DNA from: Porphyridium purpureum
Taxonomy: Eukaryota
Assembly (NCBI GenBank): GCA_008690995.1
Contig: VRMN01000003.1
Location: 2,170,001 to 2,234,000, forward strand
Length of the DNA stretch: 64,000 bases
Direction of reading: 5' to 3'
Made by a program: the position numbers and the translations under genes. Positions 22,067 to 33,224 of the stretch are shown here, piece by piece (positions within the stretch are counted from its first letter, which is position 1; every line of letters begins with the position of its first letter). Below the pieces are notes generated by a model. It saw only the letters and a program-made list of their open reading frames with translations, ran no database searches and was not told the DNA's origin.

Positions 22067-23005
22067 ATGACTGCTCCCGTCCATGTTCCGCAGGCGGTGT
22101 TGGCATTTGGTGTTGCGATGGCCGGGCAAAAAGCAGCTCCGCGCTTGTTCAACTTTCGCGACGTCGCGGACAGCGTGCCAGAGATTGCACGCGGAAGGCT
22201 GTTCCGTGCAGCGAACGCGAGCGGCGCCTTGGCTCAAAAATATCGTGTTGGGAGCATCGTGGATTTGAGACGGCCCGAGGAAAGAGTGCGCTTGGACCGC
22301 AGCATGCAATCGCTGTACGTTGGCACTGTCGACGCACTACCGAGCGCTGCAAGCGACGGACCCGCGCCGCCTTGTTCGCGAGCCCATCCGTCCACCGTGT
22401 GTATCCACGTGCCGATTTTGAACTCCAAGCGCCGTTTTATGGTGGCGTTGCTTGCTGCGCTGTCGTGGTACGACCGTGTTCGGCTCGTGCTCACAATGCT
22501 GTGGAACCTGGTCACTCGACCGCAAGATGTCTCGCTCGTCGTGCGCGAGCACGTGAATCGCATGGGTCTTTTTGGGCTGAATGTGTTCATGCTCCAGTAC
22601 TTTCAGGGCTCGATTTTGGAGGCGCTCGAGACCATTCAGACCCAGTTTGAAGTTGACCAGTCTGTGCTGATCACTTGCTCCGCCGGCAAAGATCGCACAG
22701 GCCTGCTCGTGGCGCTGACGCTAGGATGCGCGGGCGTGCCGCACGGCAGCATTGTGCGTGACTACGCGCTGTCGGGGCGCATTGAGCAGGAGCACCCTGC
22801 ATACTTTCATGCGCTTTGCGCCGCATTTGCCTCGGAGGGCCTCGACCCAGACCACTGGGCGCGCGCGCCCGCATCCTGTATGGAGCAGACGCTGCAGTTT
22901 ATTGACGACACGTACGGGAGCGTGTCCCAATTCCTCACCCACATCGGCTTTTCGCCGGCGCGCCAGGCCAAGCTTGCTGACGCGCTGAGCCGCACAGACC
23001 GATAG
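22067..23005 (+). CDS. Cys-based tyrosine/lipid phosphatase (Y_phosphatase3, PtpB/IphP-like)
   Basis: NFRD, LFRA, IVDLR, CSAGKDRTG (CX5R), DYALS and YGSV motifs. Confidence 0.9.
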   Translation: MTAPVHVPQAVLAFGVAMAGQKAAPRLFNFRDVADSVPEIARGRLFRAANASGALAQKYRVGSIVDLRRPEERVRLDRSMQSLYVGTVDALPSAASDGPAPPCSRAHPSTVCIHVPILNSKRRFMVALLAALSWYDRVRLVLTMLWNLVTRPQDVSLVVREHVNRMGLFGLNVFMLQYFQGSILEALETIQTQFEVDQSVLITCSAGKDRTGLLVALTLGCAGVPHGSIVRDYALSGRIEQEHPAYFHALCAAFASEGLDPDHWARAPASCMEQTLQFIDDTYGSVSQFLTHIGFSPARQAKLADALSRTDR

Positions 23006-23195
23006 CTCTAGAATACATTTTTGTTCCCCCTTCCTACCGTGTGATGTCCAAGCCTTCGTGCTTGCCTTTTCGTCTTTCCTGCACCACGCGATACTCCGTG
23101 TACACCTCGAACACGCCGCCAACAAAACATGCGGTATATAAAATGTAAATTCTCCTTGTGCAGTAATAGTTTTGGTGACGGCCCGTCTTTTTTTC

Positions 23196-23344
23196 GCTGA
23201 CTTGACCGAGTGGTTTCTCTCCCACAGGAAGAATTTCGCCGAAGGTGACAGACTTGAACCGTGGGGAGCGACGCGTGCTCGCTCCTCCACATGTGCGCGA
23301 TCTGTTGGTGTCATGCCTCGCAGGTTCGAATCCTGCAGTCAGCG
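23196..23344 (+). tRNA. trnS-UGA: tRNA-Ser(UGA) interrupted by two introns (D-loop 23216-23241; anticodon loop 37/38 23259-23299)
   Basis: Acceptor stem GCTGACT/AGTCAGC with G73. D arm ACCGAGTGGTT^AAGGT. Anticodon arm ACAGA-CTTGAA^A-TCTGT. Long variable arm. T arm GCAGG-TTCGAAT-CCTGC. Confidence 0.9.
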
Positions 23345-23368
23345 TCTTGCAGGGGCGGGAGCTAAATC

Positions 23369-23374
23369 TTTTTT
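23369..23374 (+). terminator. RNA Pol III T-run terminator for the tRNA-Ser gene
   Basis: T6 run 25 nt downstream of the discriminator base. Confidence 0.6.
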
Positions 23375-25713
23375 GGCAAGTCGCGAAGAATGTTGGCATG
23401 GACGACATGAGCGACGTCGGTGCGAGCCGCGGCGTGATGAAAATGCTTGCAGCGCGTGCGACGTACAGTATCTGCACGCTGCAGTGAAGTCCATTCGCCT
23501 TTAGTCCACCCGCGCGATGCGAGCAGGGCGCAATAACCGGCACGGGATGACTTTGACTTTGGGTCGAGCCATTCACGGGAATCACATGCCGGCGCAGCGG
23601 GAAGGCTAGGCTCCGAGAGGTCCGGTAAGTAGACTGAAACTGTGGCAAATTGCGGCGCACCCATCCGGCAGATCAACAGCAGCGCAGCGCGGCGTAAGTG
23701 CCCCCGGTCGGACGTACATGTGCGGCGCAGCCGAACAGGTCGAAGTAGCGCTGTGTATTCGAACAGAGCAGGTGCAACGTCTTCTCCAGGTGCGGTGGCC
23801 GCGACGCGATGGGATTCCGTTCGCAACTCGCAAGCCCAAAACGTCCGAGAATGAAAAGAGAAGCCGCGGCGCTGCTCAACCGCGCGCGAGCCTCTCAGAC
23901 CACATCACGTAGAATCCTAAAATCAAACCAGACTATGCGCACCCCGTGTGCTCACTGCCCAAACCTCCGAGACAAGAGGCAAGAAAGGCAACCCGAGCCT
24001 GCCTGTCAAAGGCTGCCATCACACATCCCAAAACACTCAAATATTTGCGCAGATCTATCCATCTCGCCATGTTGTCAAGAAATGCTCACGGCACCCGATC
24101 CGCAACCAACACGTCCGCTTGTCTCCGCCTGCTCTTGGGCGTCAGTGCATGGGTAGCGAGCGCATGCGGCGAGTGCACGCAGGCTGCGAGAATGTCGTCT
24201 TGCTGTTCTGTATGTCCTGACGGACGGGGACCATGTGGCAGTCTTTTCCACAGCCAGACACTGTTTGAACTGCGCAGTGCGTGCGCGTGCGCAAGACTGG
24301 GCGCGAAGGCATTCTCGTGGGAGGAGTGTTGGAGCTTCCGCAAACCAGCGGTAGGGGCGTTCGTGTGCGCAAGAGCGCGGCACCGAACGGATTCGGGACT
24401 CTTTGCGCTAGATCGAGTTTGAGGCATGGAATGCGGGGTTTGCCGAACATTTTGCTGCAGTGTTTGTGAAAGCTGCCCGCCCGCTCGGGTCGAGGAACGA
24501 AACAATGCAACATGGTGCGAATGTGTGTGCGTATCTTCTCTGCCCTTCACAACGAGCAAGCCGCATCGGCATACGCAAGCAAGGGAAGAACAAGCACGGC
24601 CTGGTTCGCGAGGGTGGGGGGACTACCAAGCTCTCTGCAGCCGGCTCGCTGCGCCCTAGATATCTGGGACGAACCATCGGCTTCGAACAAAGCAAGCTTG
24701 CAGTGTAAACAAACCGACCGAAACCTCTGGTTGAAAGCTACGGGTTACGTTGGCAAGTTGCTGCGGTGGTCGCGCACTTTCTACCATGCCCTGTCGGTCG
24801 GCGACCGGCGTACACAGTGCGGCGTCACGTTCCTGCAGAAGTTATGTGCCACCCCCACCGTCGGCGATGTGGGTCCATCCATCAATCAACCACGCGTGCG
24901 CACCCTTCTTTCCGCGCTCCGCACCGCTCCCCCGCGCCGGAAGCGGGTCGCGCCATTTACCGGCGGAGTGAATGACCTCGGTGCAGTAGTGGTCTCGGCG
25001 GGTTCGGCGGGTGCGGCGAGTGCGGCCATGACGACTCAACCGGCCAACCAGCCGGTGCGGCGATACGGCACGTTCAGAGCGCGGAACCTGCGCCACTGCA
25101 CTGGAGCGTATTGTGCGGCGGACACAACCGCACCGCGTCCACCCAAGCGGTGACGGCGACCGAGCCACGTCGTTGTCGCACGGTTCGGGTCATCATCGCC
25201 AGACTCGTGCGTGTGTGTGTACTGTTTCCGCATTCGGCCTTTGTGTTGCGGCTGGCACATAACGGGCGCATCCAGCCGTTAGAGAAATTGTGAGATGACA
25301 GGGGCGTGCCCTTTTATGAGGGGTGTGGACTTGGGCGTCAGCGGAGGCATGGCACTGCGGCAAGCGGCTGCTGCGGCTGCCTTCTCCGCTTGTAGTCGAC
25401 ACGGGACGGAGAGGTCGGACGCCGAGGTGGGTGCGGCGAGGAGAAGGGAGGAAGAACAGCGTGGGTTCGCAGGCAGGCCAGACAGACCCGCTTTGGATCT
25501 CGACATCTCCTGTCGGTTGGTGTTTGGGGTCATTTGTTATTTAAACAAGACGACCTTGACTGACAGTCGGGGAAGACGCGACCTTTGAGGTGCCGAGCGG
25601 CGTGATTATTGGTCAAGCTGACGACGTGTGTGTGTGTAAAGGGGTTGTTGGACAGATAGTACCTGTTCGGGCGCAGGGGCGCGTAGACAGTGCGCGGTTC
25701 GGCGGCTTGCAGG

Positions 25714-28700
25714 ATGGCGGACGGGCAGCAAATTGAGGTGGAGGTGGGAGGGCATAGTGAGATCCCGTTGGACAAGGGAGGGTTCGGCGCCGACCGAGGT
25801 GGCGATGAGCCAAATGATGAGTACTTCAAGCGAATCTCGCAAGAGCGCGCGCTCAAGGAGCTCGACACGTCAGGTGAAGGGCTGGACGCCTCTGAGGCGT
25901 CGCGCAGACTGGAGCAGTACGGCCCGAACAAGTTGCCGGAGAAAAAGCAGAACAAGCTGTGGCAGTTTCTGAAGTTCATGTGGAACCCGTTGTCTTGGGC
26001 AATGGAGGTGGCTGCCATCATCGCCATTGCATTGCTCGACTATCTCGATTTCGGGCTCATCATTGCTCTGCTGCTGTGCAATGCATGCATTGGCTACTAT
26101 GAGGAAAGCAACGCCGCCAACGCCATCGATGCGCTCATGGCTTCGCTCGCACCGGAGAGCAAGTGCATGCGTGACAAGAAAATGCAAACCATCGAGGCCG
26201 CAAATCTCGTGCCTGGCGACGTGATTCTCATTCGACTTGGCGACGTCGTGCCCGCGGACTGCAAGATTCTGGGCGACCCCAAGGACGACCCAGTGCTCAT
26301 TGATCAAGCCGCGCTGACGGGCGAGTCGCTACCGTCCAAGAAATTCGCCGGCGACGTGGCTTTCAGTGGCAGCGTGGTCAAGCAGGGCGAGGTGTTGGCC
26401 GTGGTGTACGCTACAGGGTCGGAAACGTTCTTTGGCAAGGCCGCGCAGCTGATTGGTGACACCGAGAACGAGAGCAACCTCCAAAAGGTCATGTCGGCGA
26501 TTGGTGCAACGTGCCTGATCACCATTGCCTTTTGGGTGGCCATTGAGCTGGGAATCGAGTTTGGAGTACGCGATAAGCAGTGCAAGGGTGGGGAGGGACA
26601 GTGCCCTGTGCTCACCAACATGCTCGTGATTTTGATCGGAGGTATTCCGATTGCAATGCCAACCGTACTTTCGGTCACGCTTGCGCTGGGCGCGCACTCC
26701 ATCGCGGAGGAAGGAGCCATCGTGTCCCGCCTGACCGCCGTTGAGCAGCTGGCCGGTATGGACATGCTTTGCAGTGACAAGACGGGAACTCTGACCTTGA
26801 ACAAGCTCTCGGTGGACGAGTCAAATCTTGAGCCTCAGCCGGGCTTTTCGGCAGATGACATTTTGCTTTTCGGTGCACTTGGAGCAAAAATCGAAAACAA
26901 CGAGCCGATTGATGTGTGCATTCACAACTCGTGCAAAGTGAAGGACGAACTGTGGACGCATTTCAAGTGCAGCCGATACGTTCCTTTCAACCCGACCGAC
27001 AAGAAGACTGTTGCATACTGTACGGCAACAGACGCTGCAGGCGAGTCGCTAGTGAAGTACAAGACGTTCAAGGCCTGCAAGGGCGCGCCACAAATTGTTC
27101 TTAACCTGGCCTTCAATGCCGATCAGATTCGCGGGCCGGTGGTGGCACGCATCGATGAGTATGCGAGTCGAGGCTATCGTGCGCTGGGCGTAGGCGTGAT
27201 GGAAGGCCACGATGATGGTGAGGGCAAATGGGAGTTTGTGGGGCTGATCCCGATCTTTGATCCGCCGCGACACGACACGCAAGAAACCATCGAGCGCGCC
27301 ATGGATCTGGGTATTGGTGTGAAGATGATTACGGGTGACGCGCTCGCCATTGGCAAGGAGACGGCCCGCCAGCTCGGCATGGGCACCAACATGTTTACTA
27401 CCGAGGTCTTTCGTCGCGAGGCGACACCAGGCGGTCTGGTGGACGGCACGCTGACGCTCGATCAACTTGTGGAGGAGGCGGACGGCTTTGCAGAGGTGTT
27501 CCCAGAGCACAAGTATGACATTGTGCGCCGCTTGCAAGACCTGGGACACATCACGGGCATGACCGGTGATGGCGTAAACGACGCACCGGCCCTGAAGAAA
27601 GCAGACATCGGTGTGGCAGTCGCCGATGCCACCGACGCGGCACGCGCCGCCGCTGATATTGTGCTGACGGAGCCCGGTCTGTCGATCATTGTGGATGCCA
27701 CAATTGGCTCTCGCGAAATTTTCCAAAAGATGAAAGCGTATGCCAAGTACACGATTGCGACGACATTCCGCATCTGTTTTACCTTTGGCATCTTGACCGT
27801 TGCGTATAACACGTGGTACTTCCCCACTGTGCTTACCTTGATCATGGCGATCTGCAACGACGGGGCTATGATCTCGTTGTCAAAAGACAATGTCGAGTAC
27901 AGCAAGGGACCTGACCAGTGGAAACTGAAGAACATTTTTGTTGCGAGTATTGTCTTTGGTTTGTATTTGACGCTCTCAACGTGGCTTCTTTTCTACGCCG
28001 CATCCGAGCGTCCAGTATTCGTTGACATTGGCATGGACGATCTGCGCTGGAAGTCGCAGTTTGTAGGCCCGTTCTGCACTGAAATGTTTGACCTCGTGGC
28101 TGGCTCGTCGGATTACAACCAGTGCGTCACAGAAATTCAGTGGGAACGTGCTTCGCAGTTGCGCGCTCTCATATACATGCAGGTGTCGATTTCGGGACAG
28201 GCCCTTATTTTCGTGGTACGCACGACGAAATTCTCTCTGTTTTCCCGTCCGGGCACACCGGTCATCGTGGCATTCTTTGTTGCGCAGGCCATTGCCTGTC
28301 TTTTGGGAGGACTGGGCATGAATGGGTATCCGTTCCCCGTTCCTTCGGCGAGCAGCTGCACTTACTGCCAGGTTGGAGGCCACCGCAACACGCCGCCGAT
28401 TTTTGGCACGATTGGCGTGGACGCGTCGTCCGTCATTCAATCAAATTATTACGTGATTGTGGCGTGGATTTGGTCAGCCATCTGGTACTTTGGCCTTGAC
28501 CCGATCAAGTGGTTGCTCATGTGGTTCCTGGCCGAAGACGGCTTCCGTGAGAAGAGCCTATGGTCGCGCCCAATCCTGGAGGATATGGGCTTCATGCGCA
28601 AGCGCACTGCGTCGACACCGGGAGAGTATGTGATATCGGGCCGTCGCAGCTCGGTGGGGTCTGGCGGCTCCGGCGAGCCCTCCAGTGGCCGGCGCTCGAG

Positions 28701-28812
28701 TGTCGCACCGGGTAATCCGAGAAGGTCGAGCCTTGCCGCTGCACAGAGTCGCGTGAGCGGGGCTGCGCCACGCAGGAGCAGTGTGCATCGCGAGGCCGGC
28801 ATTTGGGACTAG
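25714..28812 (+). CDS. PMA1: Plasma-membrane P3A-type H+-ATPase
   Basis: TGES, GGIPIAMPTV, CSDKTGTLT, KGAPQ, DPPR, MTGDGVNDAPALKKA. TM6 NDG proton-acceptor Asp and TM5 Arg are conserved. Confidence 0.96.
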   Translation: MADGQQIEVEVGGHSEIPLDKGGFGADRGGDEPNDEYFKRISQERALKELDTSGEGLDASEASRRLEQYGPNKLPEKKQNKLWQFLKFMWNPLSWAMEVAAIIAIALLDYLDFGLIIALLLCNACIGYYEESNAANAIDALMASLAPESKCMRDKKMQTIEAANLVPGDVILIRLGDVVPADCKILGDPKDDPVLIDQAALTGESLPSKKFAGDVAFSGSVVKQGEVLAVVYATGSETFFGKAAQLIGDTENESNLQKVMSAIGATCLITIAFWVAIELGIEFGVRDKQCKGGEGQCPVLTNMLVILIGGIPIAMPTVLSVTLALGAHSIAEEGAIVSRLTAVEQLAGMDMLCSDKTGTLTLNKLSVDESNLEPQPGFSADDILLFGALGAKIENNEPIDVCIHNSCKVKDELWTHFKCSRYVPFNPTDKKTVAYCTATDAAGESLVKYKTFKACKGAPQIVLNLAFNADQIRGPVVARIDEYASRGYRALGVGVMEGHDDGEGKWEFVGLIPIFDPPRHDTQETIERAMDLGIGVKMITGDALAIGKETARQLGMGTNMFTTEVFRREATPGGLVDGTLTLDQLVEEADGFAEVFPEHKYDIVRRLQDLGHITGMTGDGVNDAPALKKADIGVAVADATDAARAAADIVLTEPGLSIIVDATIGSREIFQKMKAYAKYTIATTFRICFTFGILTVAYNTWYFPTVLTLIMAICNDGAMISLSKDNVEYSKGPDQWKLKNIFVASIVFGLYLTLSTWLLFYAASERPVFVDIGMDDLRWKSQFVGPFCTEMFDLVAGSSDYNQCVTEIQWERASQLRALIYMQVSISGQALIFVVRTTKFSLFSRPGTPVIVAFFVAQAIACLLGGLGMNGYPFPVPSASSCTYCQVGGHRNTPPIFGTIGVDASSVIQSNYYVIVAWIWSAIWYFGLDPIKWLLMWFLAEDGFREKSLWSRPILEDMGFMRKRTASTPGEYVISGRRSSVGSGGSGEPSSGRRSSVAPGNPRRSSLAAAQSRVSGAAPRRSSVHREAGIWD

Positions 28813-29705
28813 ACAGATCACTATTGACACTTTGTCCTCATGGTAAAGAAATGAAATGAAGAGAGTACAGAATTGAACGAGATCAACAGCCTCCACACAA
28901 CAGCATACAGCACGTAACAAGATTCTCGCTGGCGTTGCGTGGCGCACAAGAATGGCACATCAACCCGCGGGAACGCCTCTGGACGTCTTGCGAACTTTCC
29001 ACTGCACCTCTCGCGACTTGCTATCAAGGACATGCAGGATAGCACTGAAGAAGATCAACCGCGCCGTTGCTCATACGTCATTCGAGAAAGCGTTGGCCAG
29101 CAAACAGTCCAGGGAGCGCCTTCCGCCCTGGCGAAAACCAAAGAAATAAAAACCCACATCACCTCTCTGGAGAACGAAAAGTGCCCACGAGGAAGAAGAA
29201 ATAAACAGGAGCCGAGCATTTACAGGTGGCTCTAACGCTCCCAATACTGTCCAAAAGCTACAAGGGAAAAAAAAATTATAAAAAAGGAGGCGAGGCTGTG
29301 TGGATCAAGGAGGTCTGGCATGATGAATCGGTCTCCAGGTGCGCAGACACATGGGGCGCAAATGGAGACTTCCATCCCCGACTCACCCACAGCAACGCGT
29401 ACGGTATAATACAGGAAAGGAGACAAAGGACGGCGAGACATTACAGACGCAATGACCTCGATTCTTCGGCACTGTGCACTTATTCTTCCGGCAGGATGCA
29501 TGCTTGGCGCCAGCACAACGTGTTCGACTTTGCCGCCTCGACCCAATGAGAAGGGCAAGCAAGCATACAAGGGAAGCAACTTGCTCCACGAGCGAACAAG
29601 GTCCATCGGTCTCTGCGGGATGGAATGCATTGGCAGTCGACTACTCGACTTTAAATTTCCTCTTCCCACTCGAACATCATCACATAGCCAAGAACATTCC
29701 AGAAA

Positions 29706-31346
29706 TCAATCAGAAAACGTGAGCGCATTCCGCGTCGAGCTTTTTTCCGAATTTTGCAACCCCGCCGTGCGACGGAATGGTGCCGATCCCGAAGACGAAA
29801 TCGTCTGTCCTTCCACGATACCAGGGGTTATAGGGCTTGATGACATCTGACTCTTCGCGGCTGCTGCTGTTGCCAACGTATCCAACTGACCTGCATTATC
29901 CAGACTGTCCCCGCGTCCCATGCACCGCCTCTTTGGATCCGGGGTGAAAAATTCAGCATCCGGATTAAGTTGTGTTGGCGCTAATCGGTCGCGCTCCGCA
30001 TCTTCCGGCGAGGGTCTCGATGTTTCGGTCGCTATGACAGGGGCGCCATTTGACATTGCATCTCGCTTGCTTGTCTTCGGCGCCTCCCGGTTGCGCTGCC
30101 GTGCCGCCGAGGTAGTGGACGCCCCCGCACGGGATGCATCTCCTTCATGGCCCAAAATCGGGACGGGATTGGACGGCTGCGCAAGCGTCGTGGCGCGCCG
30201 CGATCGCCCATTGCCCGTGACCTTTTCCGGACCCACAGCGCGCGGCTGGTGGTTTTGATTCGTATCGCTGCCGCTGCCGCTACCGCTGGGCGGCAATGAG
30301 GGAGCACGCGCTTCGTTCCGCTTCAATGGCTGCACGGATCCCATCGCTGCGGGTGCAGCTATTGGGCTGGGCTTCTCAGACTGAGCCTTCTGTCTACGCT
30401 GCTGTTTCCTAAGGCCCGAGTTCCAATGATTCTTCACATTATTGTCCGTTCTGCCTGGCAATTCGGACGCAATCAAAACCCACTTGTTCCCGTGTATAGC
30501 CTGCAAGTCAAGCAACTTTTGCTCTTCTTCTGGTGTCCACTGATCACGGCGGATGCCTGGTTGTAGTTGGTTCAACCATCTTTCACGGCACTGCTTGCCG
30601 CTCCGACCGGGGATCGATTCGGCGACTTTGGACCAAATCTTTGTTTTCAGGTCGCTGGCATTGTCAAACTCGGACATAAGCCCGCGCAAGCACTGGTCTT
30701 CAGCATTTGTCCACGAACGCGGGCCCGAGTTTGTCTTCCTCGGACGAAGCCCATTGGCGAGATGGTCGGACGACATATTCACACTGCTACTGGGACCCGC
30801 TGACCCGTGGGTCCCCGGCGGGGCCACACGGCTCGCGCCGGCGACTGTCGACTCTGCTGGATTGCAGCCATGTGCGCGCAGGGTCGAATCTTCTCTTCTT
30901 GGCTCTGGCGACACTTGCCCATCCCATACTTGCGTTGCATCCGGATTTGCTGTTAGACCAGTGTTGACCTTTCCTAATAGCGCGCCACTGAGGATTGCGT
31001 ATTCTCCGTTCAGATGGGATTCGTCAACGCGGAGCTCGCCAGGAACCGCGGCCGCGATTCGCTTGGCTGAACCAGAACTTTGTATCACAAATGTTCCTGC
31101 AGCGGTCATACTCGTTCCAGACCGCTGCATCTTGACGTCATTCACCTGTTGCTCGACAGGCATCAGCTCCAATTCGTCCTCACCTTGCACGCGAATCAGC
31201 CGACTCGACTCTGCTGGAGAAGAGTAGCACGTTTTGGTTCGGCGCCTGTCCATAGCCGCAAGGGAAGCGGTAAATGCCAGCGATTCTCGACGCAGATCCC
31301 TCGAGCTCGTAGGCAGAGAAGCGAGCTGGTCTGCAGCCAACAACAT
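29706..31346 (-). CDS. R2R3-type Myb transcription factor
   Basis: Two Myb repeats: WTNAED...WSKVA...RSGKQCRERW and WTPEEE...WVLIA...RTDNNVKNHWN. Start uncertain. Confidence 0.9.
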   Translation of the reverse strand: MLLAADQLASLPTSSRDLRRESLAFTASLAAMDRRRTKTCYSSPAESSRLIRVQGEDELELMPVEQQVNDVKMQRSGTSMTAAGTFVIQSSGSAKRIAAAVPGELRVDESHLNGEYAILSGALLGKVNTGLTANPDATQVWDGQVSPEPRREDSTLRAHGCNPAESTVAGASRVAPPGTHGSAGPSSSVNMSSDHLANGLRPRKTNSGPRSWTNAEDQCLRGLMSEFDNASDLKTKIWSKVAESIPGRSGKQCRERWLNQLQPGIRRDQWTPEEEQKLLDLQAIHGNKWVLIASELPGRTDNNVKNHWNSGLRKQQRRQKAQSEKPSPIAAPAAMGSVQPLKRNEARAPSLPPSGSGSGSDTNQNHQPRAVGPEKVTGNGRSRRATTLAQPSNPVPILGHEGDASRAGASTTSAARQRNREAPKTSKRDAMSNGAPVIATETSRPSPEDAERDRLAPTQLNPDAEFFTPDPKRRCMGRGDSLDNAGQLDTLATAAAAKSQMSSSPITPGIVEGQTISSSGSAPFRRTAGLQNSEKSSTRNALTFSD

Positions 31347-33224
31347 CAAGCGCGACAAAACGTGACGCTGAAGGAAAATATTCCTAACAAGAACAAACGT
31401 TTCCGGCTACTAGAAGCAAGCCGTCTGGGCGCGTCGCCGATATTTCTCACAAGCTTCCCGTCCAGCTGGTATTCGAACACTTCATCCTCAGTTGCCATGC
31501 ACTCGCGTTTTGAGGAGTGCGTCTGACGCGTCTGCTTGGAGTCTGACCCGGCGTGCGGAATCTTTGGAGCGAGCGGGCCACGCAACCGACAGGCACGAGA
31601 AATAGTGCGAGATGCCGAAGCGCTCGTGGCAATCCAACGGCGATTCTGTGAGATTATCGCCCTTGAATCCGTGCTGATTTCCTTTCCTGAGCTCCTGAGC
31701 GACGGCGAACGCGCAGTATGGGGCGTGCCAAGGCCGTGGACGTGCCACCCTCCCTTGCGCGGGGTCAAGGCGCGTCCGCGCTCGCCTTGCACGCGAGCGG
31801 CGATTTGCGACGTGGCCCACCGTCCGCCTCTATCGCAGCGCCCGCTTGCGCACGTGTCGCGCGGGATAACGGCGCCGAGCTTGGCGACAAGAAGCCAAGC
31901 CCACGCTCCACCACACCAGCTGACTGGACAACCCGCGGGACAACCCCTATTCAGATGATGTGATGCGCTCCTGTCTCTCTCTCCCTCCCTCCCTCTAAAA
32001 CACACCCACACACCAACCCACACTTCTCCTCTCGCGCGACGCTCTGTCTCGTTCTGCGAATCGCGGCGGTTCGATGTGGCTTGCGCGCTGACTCTGCTGT
32101 TCGTCACCACTCGAGCTGGTCCATACTCATCAGATGCCGACCCACAAGCCTCACCCACGCGGGCACGTGCTCGCGCACCACGTCCACTCCACGCGGTTCC
32201 TCGCCAGCGCCGCCAGCAGACCTCCTTCCCAAACCAGCGCTCCGCGCAATCCCCACACCCCCACCCACCCCAACACATCAACACCACCCACCTCCCTCCC
32301 CCCCTGCACCTTTCACCACCGCGCTCTCACCAAACCGCGCGGCTTGCGCGCCATACCAGAACAGTCCGTTCTAATCACATCCGCCGCGACCCGCACTGTA
32401 CCCCCTTCCTTCCTTCACAACAACGGTTTTGCGCGTGCGTTCCATCATGCGGCAGTAGCGCGACAAGGCCGCTCGCGCTCTTTTTCTTTCGGGGTTCTGG
32501 GACTGAAGCGCATGGCGGTGATGGTGGTGTCCCACAATGAAATCGTCTAGTAAAACACGCCGCGCTGATACGACGCACGCGCGCGCGCCGCACTTGCGTG
32601 TTGCTACAGCTGCGGTGGTTGCTCCATATGCCCGCATGGTCAATTGGCCACAACGCGCGTGTGTTTTCTGCGTGGGACTGACTGGGCGTGGGCGTCCAAG
32701 ACGGAATCGCGCTGACGCGGCTGAACAGATCGCTTGGCATGGGCGTTTTTTCCGGGGGTTTCCCCTGGTTCGCCTATTTGTTTGTCTGTTTTCTCGGGCT
32801 TTTTTGGCTTTTTGGGCTTTTTATTAGATTTTGCGGGCGTGGGCTGCGGAGGCGCGCGTGTGTGGCAGCAGCGCCGTGCGTTACACGGGAAATGATGAAA
32901 CGAGCGTGAATGATCACAAAATGCTGCTTGATTGGAGCGCGTGCGCTGCGGCATGGGCTGGCCGCGCGTCTAGTCGGACGCGGCTGCGATTTCGGTCTGG
33001 CGGTGGGGGTACAGTTGGGGCGGTTGGAGCGTGCGCTGCGAGTCTGCTTGGCACGACGCCATGGCAACGGTCGCGACGTGCGGGGGGAGAGGGCGGAGTG
33101 TGGGACACCACGTGGCGCTCCGAGGCCAAGGGCAACCGCTCCGTACCCTCAACTTCATGACAGAAACGATCTATTTTCATAAGAAGAACACTGCCCGTAA
33201 TGCTACACCTTTTGATTCTACACG

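Noticed and set aside
6803..23005. Kinase/phosphatase 'signalling cluster' (YAK1, IPK, LMW-PTP, PtpB-like)
   Set aside because: Unrelated families with different predicted compartments; no evidence beyond proximity.
23255..23257. Possible selenocysteine or suppressor tRNA because of 'TGA'
   Set aside because: TGA is the anticodon and reads UCA Ser codons. tRNA-Sec would have a TCA anticodon and a longer acceptor arm.
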